Numbered from the stretch's first letter, positions 1 to 10,968 are shown. The stretch is 64,000 nt of DNA from Tolypothrix carrinoi HA7290-LM1 (GCA_019358935.1 JAHHIK010000013.1:1-64000), one strand, 5' to 3'. A program made the numbers and translations. The notes: a model not told the origin generated them from the sequence alone.

Positions 1-124
1 ACTAGTGACCTCTACTCTACTTGGGGAAACCCTAGTAGAGCAAGTAACTAGGAAGAATGTAGAATCCCCTGATTTTCTGTACAAATGAGCGATAGCGAAA
101 TTTGTACAATCAGGGGAGTGTCAA
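1..124 (+). mobile_element. Right end of an IS200/IS605-family element: tnpB 3' tail (frame 2..88) with omegaRNA/right-end hairpin
   Basis: Frame 2..88 reads LVTSTLLGETLVEQVTRKNVESPDFLYK*, resembling cyanobacterial TnpB tails. GAAT (62-65) precedes the hairpin CCCCTGAT...ATCAGGGG, which is followed by terminal TCAA (121-124). Confidence 0.75.
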
Positions 125-152
125 TAAGGTTAAATTAGCTAATGTAGCAGTA

Positions 153-452
153 TTATCCCCGATTATCAATCTGGGCGCGTTGCAAACTACCAGAAAAGTC
201 TACATACACACTTTTCCATTCTGTAAATACATCTAAAGCGGTAGTTCCGGCTTCGCGGTGTCCGTTGCCGATTTGTTTGACACCCCCAAAAGGTAAATGT
301 ACTTCGGCGCCGATTGTGGGACTGTTAATATAGGTGATACTGGCTTCGATGTCGCGGGTGTAAACTGAAGAAGAAAGACCGTAATTGGTATCATTGAGGA
401 TTGCGATCGCTTCCTCAATAGAGCTAACTTCAATACACACAATTGGTATCAA
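153..452 (-). pseudogene. C-terminal fragment of an aldehyde dehydrogenase
   Basis: [20 protein letters not shown] and [15 protein letters not shown] are ALDH C-terminal motifs. Only ~100 aa are present, with no room for the N-terminus because the upstream gene ends at 449. Confidence 0.8.
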
Positions 453-3400
453 GCTGCTGTTTCTTCAACTTCAGCAAATTCAGTTAAGAAGCGGAATGCC
501 TTAACGATATAACTAGCGCATTCTCTCGGAGAGGTGTTGTAAAAAGACCTCCACGCACTTCCTTTATCTTCATCGTAACGATCGCCTCTTTCTTTATGTC
601 CATCCAACCAAGCGACGCGCACCGCATGACCGATTAACACATCTAAAACGATATATTCTTCAATTTGTAAATCTGGGTTGTTAGAAGCGATCGCCGCTAA
701 TTCCATTAATGTTTCAATATTAAGTTGGCGGTATTCTGATGCCTCAATTTTATTTAACAAATGCTCGACTAACAAGGCAAAGTTTTTTTCCCCAGCTGTC
801 ATTTCGGATATCATGACTTCACTATCCAAACGATTGCGACGTTCTAATTTATCGCCAATTACCAAGCCTTTACAATGATGCATTACCAGCCAAACTTGTT
901 TAAAAAAGTCTTTTGGCACGCGTCCTGTAGCACCTTCAGCTTCGCGAAATCGACGCCAACCACCAACTGGTACTTCTATTTCTGCTTCTACTGCGGGTTG
1001 TACTACCCAATCAATATCAGCTTCTTTTTGTTTGACGTGCAGTGATTCTTGTTTGCGTAATAAGTTACTCATACCGGCGTATTCAGTTAATACTTTCTGC
1101 AACCGCATTTTCACTTCAAAAGGTGAAAGTTCCATCAATTTTTCATAAGCTTCGTCTTGAGTAAGATGCATTTCCCCAGCAATTTCGCTAGTTAGCAACA
1201 AAATGTAATAGCCGACTCTTAATGTCAGCAGTCCTTTAAATAGTTCGGGTTCTGACTTAATTAACAAACTCAGATATATGAGAATTTCTTGCGTGAGAAC
1301 GCGATCGCTTATATCCTCACGACAGAAGTGATTTATTTTCTCGACTATTTCGTTATGAGATAATGGCACGGTTATCAGCGAGGCTTCGCTATAAGCCTTA
1401 CCCACAGCGATTTGCTTACCCCTGACCAAAATACTCGTTACCACGTCTGACAGAGCGATATAGGTCATCTTCTGCAAACCCGCAGCGCGACGCACTATCC
1501 CCCAAATCCCCATTTCTCCGGCTCTGGTGTATACTTCGTCAAGTAAATCTGCTACGGTGACAGTACGCCCAGGTCCGCCAAAGCCGGTGTCAAATTGCAA
1601 TCCTTGCAAACGAGTTAAAGTCTGCAATAACTCTATTTGCTCGTAAAGATTTTCTGACGATCGCAACGATGAAAGCAACAATCCCAAGTTAGTTTGACAC
1701 TCTACTTGAAATTCTTGGGTATGTCCTAAATGCCAGTTTTTCTCTGGATTATAAGCTAAATAAGAACAACGCAACCCGGCATTTTTTACTGCTGAAGTGA
1801 AAAATTCCTCTTCTTTGACTAAATCAATTCTTTCTATGGTTGTAGTCAACATCAACTGATTTAATCGTCCTAATTTGACGCGCACACCTTGACAAACACC
1901 ATCTTTTAATTCTTGCATCAGTTCTAGCAAAGCTTCTGAACCTGTTTCTAACATGGTGTGAGTCAACATCAAAGTTAATGTCGGACGTCCTAAATCATTC
2001 CAATACTTTTGGATGTAATTAAGTTCGTTTCTGAGTTGATCTACCAAAAAATGATAATCGAGAGTTAAATAGAACTGTTCCGAATCTAAAAATGAAGGCA
2101 AAAATACAACTGTCTCGTTTCCAAAGCGGAAAATTCTCGATGTTGTCAAACTGCGCGGACTGCGTGGTGGACGCCCAGTTAAACCCAGTTTATCACAATG
2201 TCCAATTTGTTTATAAATGGCGATTAAATCGACAGCTTCTCTAACTTGAATCGGTTCTACTTGCGTGGGTGTTTGTGTTTCAATTCCGTGAACTTCTAGC
2301 TTTGCTTGTAATTCTTCATCTTCTGCTAGCAAAGCTATTTGTACTAAAGCTTTACGTTCTTTTCCTATACATAAATGTCTTCCCAACGGATCAATATCGC
2401 CAACGGCTAATAAACCTTCGCTTAACATTTCACCGAGAAAATATAAACTTTGCGCCCAAACTAAGGGAATATTTTCGTTAGGTAAGCGTGGCTGACTTTG
2501 GGGTGTTAATCTTTCGGCTTCTACATTCTCTTCGGGAACATAATAAAGTTCTGGTAATAACAGCAAATCATCACGTTTAAAAAGTAATCCTTCTAAAGAA
2601 GCTTGATATTTGTTAACTTGTTCTTTATCGCCGCGAAATAATCCATCTAAAAGTAAATAAGTGAAAAATAAGGGCCATTCACACTCAATATGCTCAAATT
2701 GTTTGAGTTCCCAAGGTTCGTAATGCAAGCGATGACTATCTTCTAAAACGGTTTGGTGTCCATCGCGTAAAAAGCGTTTGCAACCATATTTTCCTTCAAG
2801 TTTATTGATGATATCATTAAGAGTGCGATCGCGTAATTGCACATCTTCCACTGCAAACGCCGGAAAGCTAATTACACTCAACAGTGCCGCATCAATTTCT
2901 TTTGAGCTTGATTCTCTCGGCAACAATGATTCTAACGTAATTCGAGCGCGGGCAATTTCATCGGGCAGCGCATGAATTACCGATGCTTGACTTCCACGCA
3001 CACCAAATAAATCGACTCCATTAATCGCTTCTAAAGCCGCTTTTGCCATGCCGATAGAACTAGCATTTAATTCCGCGCTTCCACGATTAATTTTATTTCC
3101 ACGTTCCCAAATGCCATAATCTGGAGTGCGGTAAGCTCGTCCTATATAGTAAACTAAATTTTGGACGAAATTAACTTCATCAATCGTAAAAATAATCTGC
3201 AATCCGGAAGCAGTCATTTGTGCTAACATCAGGAGAAATATTGATGTTGCATCCAGTTGTAAATGTCCCCATTCGTCATCGCCGACAACAATATCCCCTG
3301 TCGCGGTATTATATTTGGCGTGTAACGCATCTAATGGCGACTGAGTGTGTTTAAATTGCTCTACTTTCTGTGATTGTCGCATCATGGCGAACAACAACCC

Positions 3401-3667
3401 GCGCATCAGTTTGACAACGCTGTGTTCTAACTCATAGGTGCGTCCGTTGTCTTCATCGACTTTGCGATAAGCTAATCCTAAACCCCAAACTGCGAGAATA
3501 CTGTATACATTATCTCGCACCCAAGCATCAGTATAATCACCGTGTGCGGTTATTGCCGTACTCGCTGGAAGCAAGCCAGTAATTGCATTTTGACGCACTA
3601 AGATAATTGTCTTGATTTGCTCATAGTAATAATCAAGACGAGATAGCAATTCAGTAATTGTTTTCAT
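449..3667 (-). CDS. Glycoside hydrolase family 15 / phosphorylase kinase alpha-beta-like protein
   Basis: Motifs [34 protein letters not shown] and ECEWPLF. ATG at 3667 (MKTITELL) preferred over the TTG at 3739. Confidence 0.85.
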   Translation of the reverse strand: MKTITELLSRLDYYYEQIKTIILVRQNAITGLLPASTAITAHGDYTDAWVRDNVYSILAVWGLGLAYRKVDEDNGRTYELEHSVVKLMRGLLFAMMRQSQKVEQFKHTQSPLDALHAKYNTATGDIVVGDDEWGHLQLDATSIFLLMLAQMTASGLQIIFTIDEVNFVQNLVYYIGRAYRTPDYGIWERGNKINRGSAELNASSIGMAKAALEAINGVDLFGVRGSQASVIHALPDEIARARITLESLLPRESSSKEIDAALLSVISFPAFAVEDVQLRDRTLNDIINKLEGKYGCKRFLRDGHQTVLEDSHRLHYEPWELKQFEHIECEWPLFFTYLLLDGLFRGDKEQVNKYQASLEGLLFKRDDLLLLPELYYVPEENVEAERLTPQSQPRLPNENIPLVWAQSLYFLGEMLSEGLLAVGDIDPLGRHLCIGKERKALVQIALLAEDEELQAKLEVHGIETQTPTQVEPIQVREAVDLIAIYKQIGHCDKLGLTGRPPRSPRSLTTSRIFRFGNETVVFLPSFLDSEQFYLTLDYHFLVDQLRNELNYIQKYWNDLGRPTLTLMLTHTMLETGSEALLELMQELKDGVCQGVRVKLGRLNQLMLTTTIERIDLVKEEEFFTSAVKNAGLRCSYLAYNPEKNWHLGHTQEFQVECQTNLGLLLSSLRSSENLYEQIELLQTLTRLQGLQFDTGFGGPGRTVTVADLLDEVYTRAGEMGIWGIVRRAAGLQKMTYIALSDVVTSILVRGKQIAVGKAYSEASLITVPLSHNEIVEKINHFCREDISDRVLTQEILIYLSLLIKSEPELFKGLLTLRVGYYILLLTSEIAGEMHLTQDEAYEKLMELSPFEVKMRLQKVLTEYAGMSNLLRKQESLHVKQKEADIDWVVQPAVEAEIEVPVGGWRRFREAEGATGRVPKDFFKQVWLVMHHCKGLVIGDKLERRNRLDSEVMISEMTAGEKNFALLVEHLLNKIEASEYRQLNIETLMELAAIASNNPDLQIEEYIVLDVLIGHAVRVAWLDGHKERGDRYDEDKGSAWRSFYNTSPRECASYIVKAFRFLTEFAEVEETAA

Positions 3668-4305
3668 AATTGGATTCTTCGCAGAGAGTGGAAATTCGAT
3701 TTTTAGGCGATGTGAATATTGTTGTAAATACCAGAACAACTTCTGCTCTGAGGCTTTAGGCTTTTAAGTTATTAATGAACTATAGCCGAAATTGTAATTT
3801 TTTTCAAATCTTCATCACTACTAGTCTTAGTTTATACTTCTCTTGAAAATTATTTTGATATTTATAGAGAATAATAAATAATCATGCAAAACATGAAACA
3901 CAAACGCTTTTAAGCAATAAGAGTTTTAACACACAAAAAATCATTTCACCAGGGGGTTAATTATGTCTTGACGTCAAGGTAGTTTATTCGCAAGTTAAAG
4001 TTAATGGTAAAATCGAACTAGTGCCATTAGAGCTATACGCGCTATAATTCGCTCAAAGCTATTGTAAGCTAAGTTAAAAAGTGCATTATAAACTTATTGG
4101 TAAATTTAGGTAAAAACGATAAGGCAGTTTTTGCTGGTATTAATTCCCTAAAGATATTTTGGTTTAGGCAAATTTTTTATCAGGTATTGCATATTTTCGC
4201 TCTGGATTATTTCACGCAGAGACGCTAAGACGCAGAGAAAGAAAAGATTTTTATGCGAAAACGCATCTCTAATTGTACAGTGCCTTTTAGGTGTATTGTT
4301 TTTCT

Positions 4306-4457
4306 GGCGTTGCTGAATCAGGATATAAAATTCCCAAATTACATTTCTTCAACTCTTATTCTTTGCGCCTTTGCGAACGCCACTTGCTACAACGGGGGGA
4401 ACCCCCGCAACGCAGTGGCTCCTTTGCGTGAGGCAAATTCATATTCGCGTAGCAGCG
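4306..4457. mobile_element. Degenerate MITE-like element with GCGTTGCTGAAT-type end, carrying a nested short dispersed repeat (4377-4422)
   Basis: GGCGTTGCTGAATCAGGATATAAA at left and degenerate inverse TTCATATTCGCGTAGCAGCG at right. The same end motif occurs at 9901-9924. Confidence 0.5.
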
Positions 4458-4703
4458 AAGATCGAGATTATATCACTTTAAGAGCACCTTTCAATGGCGG
4501 GTAACAAAGAAACCGTCTAAAGTACTGTTTTGCTGATAAAAGTATCATACCGAGTGAGAGCGTGTTTTTGATCGAAGCGGTAGAATAGCCTCCCATCTTA
4601 GGTATGATTACACAAGTGATGGTTTTGTTGCAAAATAAAGGCTACTTTTGGTATTGTCAAGATTATTACTCTGTGAAGTTTGAAATTTAATTCGTCTAGG
4701 TGC

Positions 4704-4731
4704 TTGACACAAATGCTCGCAGTAGTAAAAT
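4704..4731 (+). promoter_or_regulatory. Sigma70-type promoter for mgtE
   Basis: TTGACA (4704-4709), 16-nt spacer, TAAAAT (4726-4731). Confidence 0.55.
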
Positions 4732-4737
4732 CAACAC

Positions 4738-4983
4738 AAAGTCAATAAAAATCAGGGCATTTTACTTTGATAGTGTGGGAGAAAAGCAGATTGACCACAC
4801 GGAATTTTAGCATCTACCGGATAACCAGTTTCCGGGTTAGTATTATGACTTAGCGATGCCCGATTGGATATCGATGGAACTATTTTTGAGATTTTATGGA
4901 CCACAGTCCACAAGATGGCAGTATCAACCTCCTCTAGCTGGTGAGTTCTCCCAGCGCGGGGGAGACATTTGGAGGTATTTATC
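4738..4983 (+). promoter_or_regulatory. Candidate structured 5' leader of mgtE
   Basis: Several complementary stems and an anti-SD ACCTCC (4927-4932) matching SD GGAGGT (4971-4976); see findings. Confidence 0.45.
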
Positions 4984-6342
4984 ATGCTTATACACGATGT
5001 TCGCAATTCACTTGTTGACGTTGATGTTGCTGACTTGAATCAGTTGAAATCGGATTTGAATCATTCACAGCCGGTTGATGTCGGGGAATATATTGCACAA
5101 TTACCGAAAAAACAGCGAGCGATCGCTTTCCGCTTACTCAACAAATCTCAGGCAATTGATGTATTTGAATACTTACCCTTAGATGTACAGGAAGAACTGA
5201 TAAATTCCCTGCATGATGTGCAAGTAGCGCAAATTGTCGAAGCGATGAGTCCGGATGAACGCGCAGAATTATTCGACGAATTGCCGGCAGGAGTAATTAA
5301 ACGACTTTTACAAGAACTTAGTCCAGAAGAACGACAAGCTACAGCGACAATTCTCGGCTATCCAGAAGGTACCGCTGGACGGTTGATGACAACAGAATAT
5401 GTACGCTTGCGTCAAGGTTTGACTGTCGGGGAAGCTTTGAGTAAGATTCGGCGTCAAGACGAAGATAAAGAGACAATTTATTACGCTTACGTCACAGACG
5501 ATAACCGCACTTTGGTTAGTGTAGTTTCTTTGCGTCAGTTGCTGTTTACTTTCCCGGAAGTTTATATTCGGGAAATTTCTAGCGATCGCGTCGTCAAAGT
5601 CAGAACGGAAACTCCCCAAGAAGAAGTCGCGCAAGTTATGAAGCGCTACGACTTAATCGCTATACCCGTAGTTGACAGGGAAGAGCGATTAGTCGGCATT
5701 GTCACGATTGATGATGTAATCGATATTTTAGAAGAAGAAGCTACAGAAGACTTTCAAAAATTAGCCGGTGCGAGTGGTGATGAAGCTGCTTTCTCGTCTC
5801 CTTTGGTTACTATTTGCAAGCGCTTACCGTGGCTGTTAGGAATTATGTTGTTATATATCGGTGCATCGAGTGCGATCGCGCCGTTTCAAGAAACAATAAG
5901 GTTAGTGCCAGTACTTGCCGTAATTATGCCGCTATTCTCCAACACTGGTGGTACTGTGGGTATCCAAGCATTAACAGTCACAATCCGCAGCTTGGGTGTG
6001 GGTGAAGTCACACCAAAAGACACCTTAAAAATTCTCCGCAAAGAGCTTTTAGCAGGCTTGGGTATGGCTTTAGCTTTAGCTACAACTATGATGTTGCTTT
6101 CATTAATTTGGGCACGTCCTCAAGAGCGCTGGGTAGCGCTAATTGCCGGAATGGTAATGGCAAGCAATACAATTGTTGCTGTCGCTTTGGGAACCTTGCT
6201 ACCAATGGCTTTAAAACGGCTGAAGCTCGATCCAGCCTTAATCAGCGGTCCATTAGTAACAACAATGCTCGATACAATCGGCTTTTTAACTTTCCTATCG
6301 CTGATTTCCGTAGCTTTGAATGTTTTCCATTTACCACACTAA
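4984..6342 (+). CDS. mgtE: Magnesium transporter MgtE
   Basis: MgtE N-domain, CBS pair (TAGRLMTTEY, IYYAYV, GIVTIDD), RLPWL, NTGGTVG, DPALISGPLVTT. ATG at 4984 follows GGAGGT. Confidence 0.95.
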   Translation: MLIHDVRNSLVDVDVADLNQLKSDLNHSQPVDVGEYIAQLPKKQRAIAFRLLNKSQAIDVFEYLPLDVQEELINSLHDVQVAQIVEAMSPDERAELFDELPAGVIKRLLQELSPEERQATATILGYPEGTAGRLMTTEYVRLRQGLTVGEALSKIRRQDEDKETIYYAYVTDDNRTLVSVVSLRQLLFTFPEVYIREISSDRVVKVRTETPQEEVAQVMKRYDLIAIPVVDREERLVGIVTIDDVIDILEEEATEDFQKLAGASGDEAAFSSPLVTICKRLPWLLGIMLLYIGASSAIAPFQETIRLVPVLAVIMPLFSNTGGTVGIQALTVTIRSLGVGEVTPKDTLKILRKELLAGLGMALALATTMMLLSLIWARPQERWVALIAGMVMASNTIVAVALGTLLPMALKRLKLDPALISGPLVTTMLDTIGFLTFLSLISVALNVFHLPH

Positions 6343-6666
6343 CCGAAAAAAAATTGCTAATCGTAGTGAGGACTTTAGTCCTCCTCCTATTAGCAATTAA
6401 ACCGAAAACAAAGTTATTAGCATTATCAAAAACCTGGTAAAAAAACACGATTCATTTTCACACTTATTCAAAATACAGATTATTGTGTTGATTTACATTT
6501 TTCCATGCAAAGGGTTATGACACAATCAACTTGATATCAGCTAGCTATTAGATTTAGTCAGTATCAATTTTCAACAGAAACAGGTGGTATCATTTGCTGT
6601 GCATGTGTAAATTAAAAAATTGTAGAGAAGCGATCGCCTTTTGACGCTGAATCAGGAAAAGTATAT

Positions 6667-7881
6667 ATGCCTACTACTACTTGGAATCATCATCACGTTC
6701 TCACACTCGCGGACTTCACTCTCGCTGAATACGATACGGTTTTACAAACTGCTGCCAGTTTTCAGGAGGTGTTATCGCGACGGACGAAGAAGGTGCCAAG
6801 CTTACAAGGACAAGTGGTAGCGAATTTATTTTTTGAAGCGTCTACCCGCACTCGCAGTAGTTTTGAACTAGCGGCAAAACGTTTAAGTGCAGATACGCTG
6901 AATTTTGCCTCAGCAACTTCTTCTATCACCAAGGGAGAGACAATTCTCGACACGGCGAAGACTTATTTGGCGATGGGAACTGATATTATGGTAATTCGCC
7001 ATCGCGAAGCCGGAGTACCCAATGCGATCGCTGCTGAAATGGATCGTTTAGGTGTCAGAGTTAGTGTCCTCAATGCTGGTGATGGTCAACACGAACATCC
7101 TTCTCAAGCACTACTTGACTTATTTACCATCTGTACTCTGATTGACCCAGAAAATCCCCGACTCGAACTGTTGAAGAATAAAAAGATTGCCATTGTTGGC
7201 GATATTCTGCATTCTCGTGTCGCGCGATCGAATATCTGGAGTTTAACCGCAAGTGGTGCCCAAGTCCATCTAGCAGCACCACCTACTTTATTACCTCAAT
7301 TATTTGCCGATTATGTCAGCGATGATGAAGTAGGGGAAGAGGACCAGGGGAGAGGGGGACCAGGGGAGAGGGGGAGAGGGGGACAAGGGGGACAAGGGGG
7401 ACAAGGGGGACAAGGGGGACAAGGGGGACAAGGGGAGGACACTTCCGTGCGGGGGTGGAGGAGCTCAGAACGTGTCCGTGGACAAGCAAGCAATTTTTCT
7501 TTATCTCCCTTGTCTTCCTTGTCTTCCTTGTCTTCCCACTCCCCACTCCCCAATCGCAACCTATTTATACATTGGCAATTAGAACCCGCTTTAAAAGATG
7601 CTGATTTTGTCATGACGTTGCGCTTGCAAAAGGAACGCATGACAGCTCATTTATTGCCGAGTTTGCGCGAATATCATCAAATGTTTGGCATTACACGCAC
7701 AAAGTTGCAATTATGTCAACCCCATGTTAAAGTTCTGCATCCCGGTCCCGTTAACCGAGGTGTCGAAATTAGCTCTGACTTAATGGATGACCCAGAATTC
7801 AGCCTGATTCAGGCTCAAGTTACCAGCGGTGTTGCCGTTCGCATGGCGTTATTGTATTTGATTGGTAGTGGGAGGAGTTAG
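6667..7881 (+). CDS. pyrB: Aspartate carbamoyltransferase catalytic subunit with an in-frame repeat-derived insertion
   Basis: [57 protein letters not shown]. Low-complexity insert at ~7318-7557. Confidence 0.95.
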   Translation: MPTTTWNHHHVLTLADFTLAEYDTVLQTAASFQEVLSRRTKKVPSLQGQVVANLFFEASTRTRSSFELAAKRLSADTLNFASATSSITKGETILDTAKTYLAMGTDIMVIRHREAGVPNAIAAEMDRLGVRVSVLNAGDGQHEHPSQALLDLFTICTLIDPENPRLELLKNKKIAIVGDILHSRVARSNIWSLTASGAQVHLAAPPTLLPQLFADYVSDDEVGEEDQGRGGPGERGRGGQGGQGGQGGQGGQGGQGEDTSVRGWRSSERVRGQASNFSLSPLSSLSSLSSHSPLPNRNLFIHWQLEPALKDADFVMTLRLQKERMTAHLLPSLREYHQMFGITRTKLQLCQPHVKVLHPGPVNRGVEISSDLMDDPEFSLIQAQVTSGVAVRMALLYLIGSGRS

Positions 7882-7894
7882 TGGGAGGATGGAA

Positions 7895-8030
7895 AGACAA
7901 GGGGGACAAGGGGGACAAGGGGACAAGGGGGACAAGGAGACAAGGAGAATTTTTTCATAATACTTTCCTTGTCTCCCCCTCCCCCCCTCCCCCACTCCCC
8001 CCTCTTCCCCTCTCCCCATTCCCCATTCCC
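7895..8030. repeat. Short tandem repeat block (GGGGACAAG units followed by a C-rich inverse block)
   Basis: Directly visible tandem repeats downstream of pyrB. Confidence 0.8.
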
Positions 8031-8037
8031 AAAATAG

Positions 8038-8072
8038 TTGACATTTTATTTATTTCGATTATTCTAGAAATA
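8038..8072 (+). promoter_or_regulatory. Promoter with overlapping inverted-repeat operator for the ArsR-ClpN gene
   Basis: TTGACA (8038-8043), N16, TATTCT (8060-8065). Inverted repeat TATTTC-N10-GAAATA (8051-8072). Confidence 0.55.
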
Positions 8073-8920
8073 TGGTTGAAAATAATCAAGACACGGCTCG
8101 ATATGCAGATATATTTGCTGCATTGGGGTCGGAACCTCGTCTGGAAATAATGCGGCTACTGTTTGCAGCTTATCCAGAGGGGATGACTGTAGGAGAGATT
8201 CACCAAAAGCTGAAAATTCCCAACTCAACGCTATCGCACCATTTGGAGAAGCTGCGGATTGAGGGATTAGTTAATTGCCGAAAAGACAAGCAATTTCTGT
8301 GGTATTCAGCAAATGCTGAGACGATGGAGGATTTGCTGTCTTTTTTAACTACAGGGAAAGCGAAAGGCGATCGCATTATTCAACCGATTAGCAATATGTC
8401 AAAACAGGAAGGCAATATGATTGAAAAATTTTTTGAATCTATCTTTGAACAGCTTTCTGGGTTTATGTCTGGCAGATTCCACCTCAAGGGTTATGAAAGA
8501 TTCACCCAAAAAGCGATTATAGCCATGAATATTGCCCAAGGTGAATCGAGGCGTTTGGGACATCAATATGTCGGTACAGAACAGATTTTACTGGGATTGG
8601 TTGGCGAAGGTAGCGGTTTTGCTGCACAGTTTCTCACCTCAGTGGGAGTGAACTTAGAAAATGCTCAAATAGAAGTAGAAAAAATTATTGGTAGAGGTAA
8701 AGGAAATACACCTTTAGATATTCCCTTTACACCAAGGGCAAAGCAAGCATTAGAACTCTCGGTAGAACAGTCGCGACAACTTAATGTTAACTACGTTGGT
8801 ACAGAACATTTACTGTTAGGAATTCTCAAAGAAGGAGGAGGCGCAGCTGTTAAAGTTCTAGAAAATCTTGGCGTAGATTTGGTTTCTTTGGAACAACGAC
8901 TGCGAAGCGCTTTGACTTAG
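8072..8920 (+). CDS. ArsR/SmtB-family regulator fused to a Clp protease N-terminal (ClpC-N) repeat domain
   Basis: [16 protein letters not shown]...[11 protein letters not shown] (ArsR wHTH). FERFT-like [36 protein letters not shown] and [10 protein letters not shown] (Clp-N). Confidence 0.85.
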   Translation: MVENNQDTARYADIFAALGSEPRLEIMRLLFAAYPEGMTVGEIHQKLKIPNSTLSHHLEKLRIEGLVNCRKDKQFLWYSANAETMEDLLSFLTTGKAKGDRIIQPISNMSKQEGNMIEKFFESIFEQLSGFMSGRFHLKGYERFTQKAIIAMNIAQGESRRLGHQYVGTEQILLGLVGEGSGFAAQFLTSVGVNLENAQIEVEKIIGRGKGNTPLDIPFTPRAKQALELSVEQSRQLNVNYVGTEHLLLGILKEGGGAAVKVLENLGVDLVSLEQRLRSALT

Positions 8921-9017
8921 GATTATGGAGCGTTTTCAGAAGTACCGAATGCATCTCCATGAATTTGGCATTTTCAATTTAAGTTGGAGTCTACATCTTC
9001 AAATTGAGGTCATTTAA

Positions 9018-9875
9018 ATGAGCAACAATCCCACTGAAACAACCTCAGATATTTACACAAATCCATTAAACTATTTTTCTGGTAGGGCTGAGGATTATCA
9101 AAAATACCGTAACAGTTATCCATCTTCTGCAATTGATACCATCCTAGCAGGACTGGAACCGCCATCTCAGTTGATTGCTGCTGATATTGGCGCTGGCACC
9201 GGAATTGGTTCACGTCTGCTAGCAGAGCGAGGTGTGCGCGTACTAGCGATTGAGCCAAATGCTGATATGAGAACATCTGCCAAGCCGCATCCATTAGTAC
9301 AGTTTTCCGCTGGAACTGCTGAACAGACTCAACTACCGACTGGATCTGTTAATTTAGTTGTTTCCTTTCAGGCATTCCATTGGTTTAACTTCATACAAAG
9401 TCTCAAGGAATTTCGTCGTATTCTCAAACCGAGTGGACGTTTAGCTTTGGTATGGAGTATTTGGGATCATAGGGATGCTTTTTCGAGAAACTATAGTCAT
9501 TTGATATCTAAGGCATCAAAGTACAACGAACGCCAAGCACAATTACAGTTGCAAGCAAAGACTGTAGGATTGAATCGCAAGTTGTTAAGCCTTTTGAAGG
9601 ATTTACATTATCAACTATTTTGGCAAGGTCTACGACTCCCGTACTTCACCCAACTTCAATGTCATCAGTTTACCTCTCAACAAGAGCTAGATTTAATTGG
9701 ATTAGTCGGCTGCGCTCGAAGTCAGGGGTTTATCCCCTTGAAAGGGGCAGGATGGGAAAAACTCGTTTCAGAATTGACCGATTTGTATAATGCTTCTTGC
9801 GACGAATCGGGACGAGTTCGGTTAAACTATCGTACCCGTCTGTATTTGGCGATTCCCTCTAGTCAGCATGGCTGA
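9018..9875 (+). CDS. Class I SAM-dependent methyltransferase
   Basis: ADIGAGTG motif I, AIEPN, QAFHWF, RRILKPSG. Confidence 0.88.
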   Translation: MSNNPTETTSDIYTNPLNYFSGRAEDYQKYRNSYPSSAIDTILAGLEPPSQLIAADIGAGTGIGSRLLAERGVRVLAIEPNADMRTSAKPHPLVQFSAGTAEQTQLPTGSVNLVVSFQAFHWFNFIQSLKEFRRILKPSGRLALVWSIWDHRDAFSRNYSHLISKASKYNERQAQLQLQAKTVGLNRKLLSLLKDLHYQLFWQGLRLPYFTQLQCHQFTSQQELDLIGLVGCARSQGFIPLKGAGWEKLVSELTDLYNASCDESGRVRLNYRTRLYLAIPSSQHG

Positions 9876-9913
9876 TTTACTACAATTAGCGATCGCATGA
9901 TTCATATTTTGAT

Positions 9914-9961
9914 TCAGCAACGCCATATTATTGCGTGGGTATCCACTACAGCACGCAGCAT
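9914..9961 (-). pseudogene. Truncated PIN-domain (VapC-like) toxin N-terminus
   Basis: Own translation gives MLRAVVDTHAIIW, a PIN-type xxDT(H/N)xxxW start, then runs into a repeat end and a stop. ATG overlaps the upstream stop (TAATG). Confidence 0.55.
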
Positions 9962-10191
9962 TAAATGTCATCCCTTGGGAAGTTAGCCCATTCTTCAGTC
10001 CGAATTACATCAATTTCAGATGCCGAAGGTGCTTGCCCTAAATCACTACATAAACCCCACAAAGATTTACGCTCTCGTGGCAAATTGTCCATTAACTCGT
10101 GTTCTATATCAGGAGCAATTTGCACAAATTAGCGCACTTTGTCCACCACTGAAAGCTGCTTTGCTAGGTTAAGAACTTCCTGTAGACTCAC
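9961..10191 (-). pseudogene. Small antitoxin-like gene with an internal stop
   Basis: Own translation: VSLQEVLNLAKQLSVVDKVR*FVQIAPDIEHEL...RKSLWGLCSDLGQAPSASEIDVIRTEEWANFPRDDI*. TAA at 10129-10131. Confidence 0.55.
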
Positions 10192-10260
10192 AACTTTTTT
10201 CCTACTTCACAATAATGAAAATTCTAGCAATGGAAAAGGCTACTGCACCTGTTGGAGCCT

Positions 10261-10899
10261 TCAAGAACTCTTCTCAACCACTGTTCCTACCAAACAGGCT
10301 CTATCCCAGTTAACTCCGCTTAAATTTGCACCGTCTAACTCGGCACACAGCAAGTTTGCTCCTGTCAAATTCGCTCCCGCTAAATTCGCAGAACGTAAGT
10401 CAGCTTCTTCTAGATTTGCTTGACTCAACAACGCACCTTGTAAATCTGCGCGGCTTAAGTCTGCACCTTTGAGATTTGCGCCGGTGAGGTTCGCACCTCT
10501 TAAATCAGCACCGCGCAAGTCAACACCTTGCAAGTTGACATTCATCAAATTGCTGCCACTTAAGAAAGCACCCGCTAAAGAAACGTCGCTGAGTGCGGCT
10601 CCCATCAAATTAGCACCGCGCAAGTTACTACCGCGCAAATCAGCACCCGTCAAATCTGCTTGCATCAAGTTTGCTCCCATCAAATTCGCTCGCAAGTCAG
10701 TTTGCACGAGGATGGCTCCCATTAAGTTAGCTCCCTCTAAATGCCCACCTTCGAGTTTAGAATTAGCCAAATTTGTGCCAACAAGATTGGCGCCAGCAAG
10801 ATTGATGCGGCTTAAATCTAATCTACTAAGTTCCTCGTCTTCTAAATCTGCCCCTGGAAGCTGTTTAAGTTTTCCCGATCGCAATGCTTCAATATTCAT
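10261..10899 (-). CDS. Pentapeptide repeat protein
   Basis: Continuous A(D/N)LxG repeats. Confidence 0.92.
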   Translation of the reverse strand: MNIEALRSGKLKQLPGADLEDEELSRLDLSRINLAGANLVGTNLANSKLEGGHLEGANLMGAILVQTDLRANLMGANLMQADLTGADLRGSNLRGANLMGAALSDVSLAGAFLSGSNLMNVNLQGVDLRGADLRGANLTGANLKGADLSRADLQGALLSQANLEEADLRSANLAGANLTGANLLCAELDGANLSGVNWDRACLVGTVVEKSS

Positions 10900-10968
10900 A
10901 AGTTGAGTTATATCAAGCTGGTAAATATACGCACCCTTCTAGGGTGTCGGTTACAAATATAAAATGCT

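Noticed and set aside
3967..3978. 12-bp palindrome CTTGACGTCAAG
   Set aside because: Single occurrence with no supporting context; could be chance.
4253..4504. 83-aa ORF
   Set aside because: It spans a MITE and a nested repeat; likely spurious.
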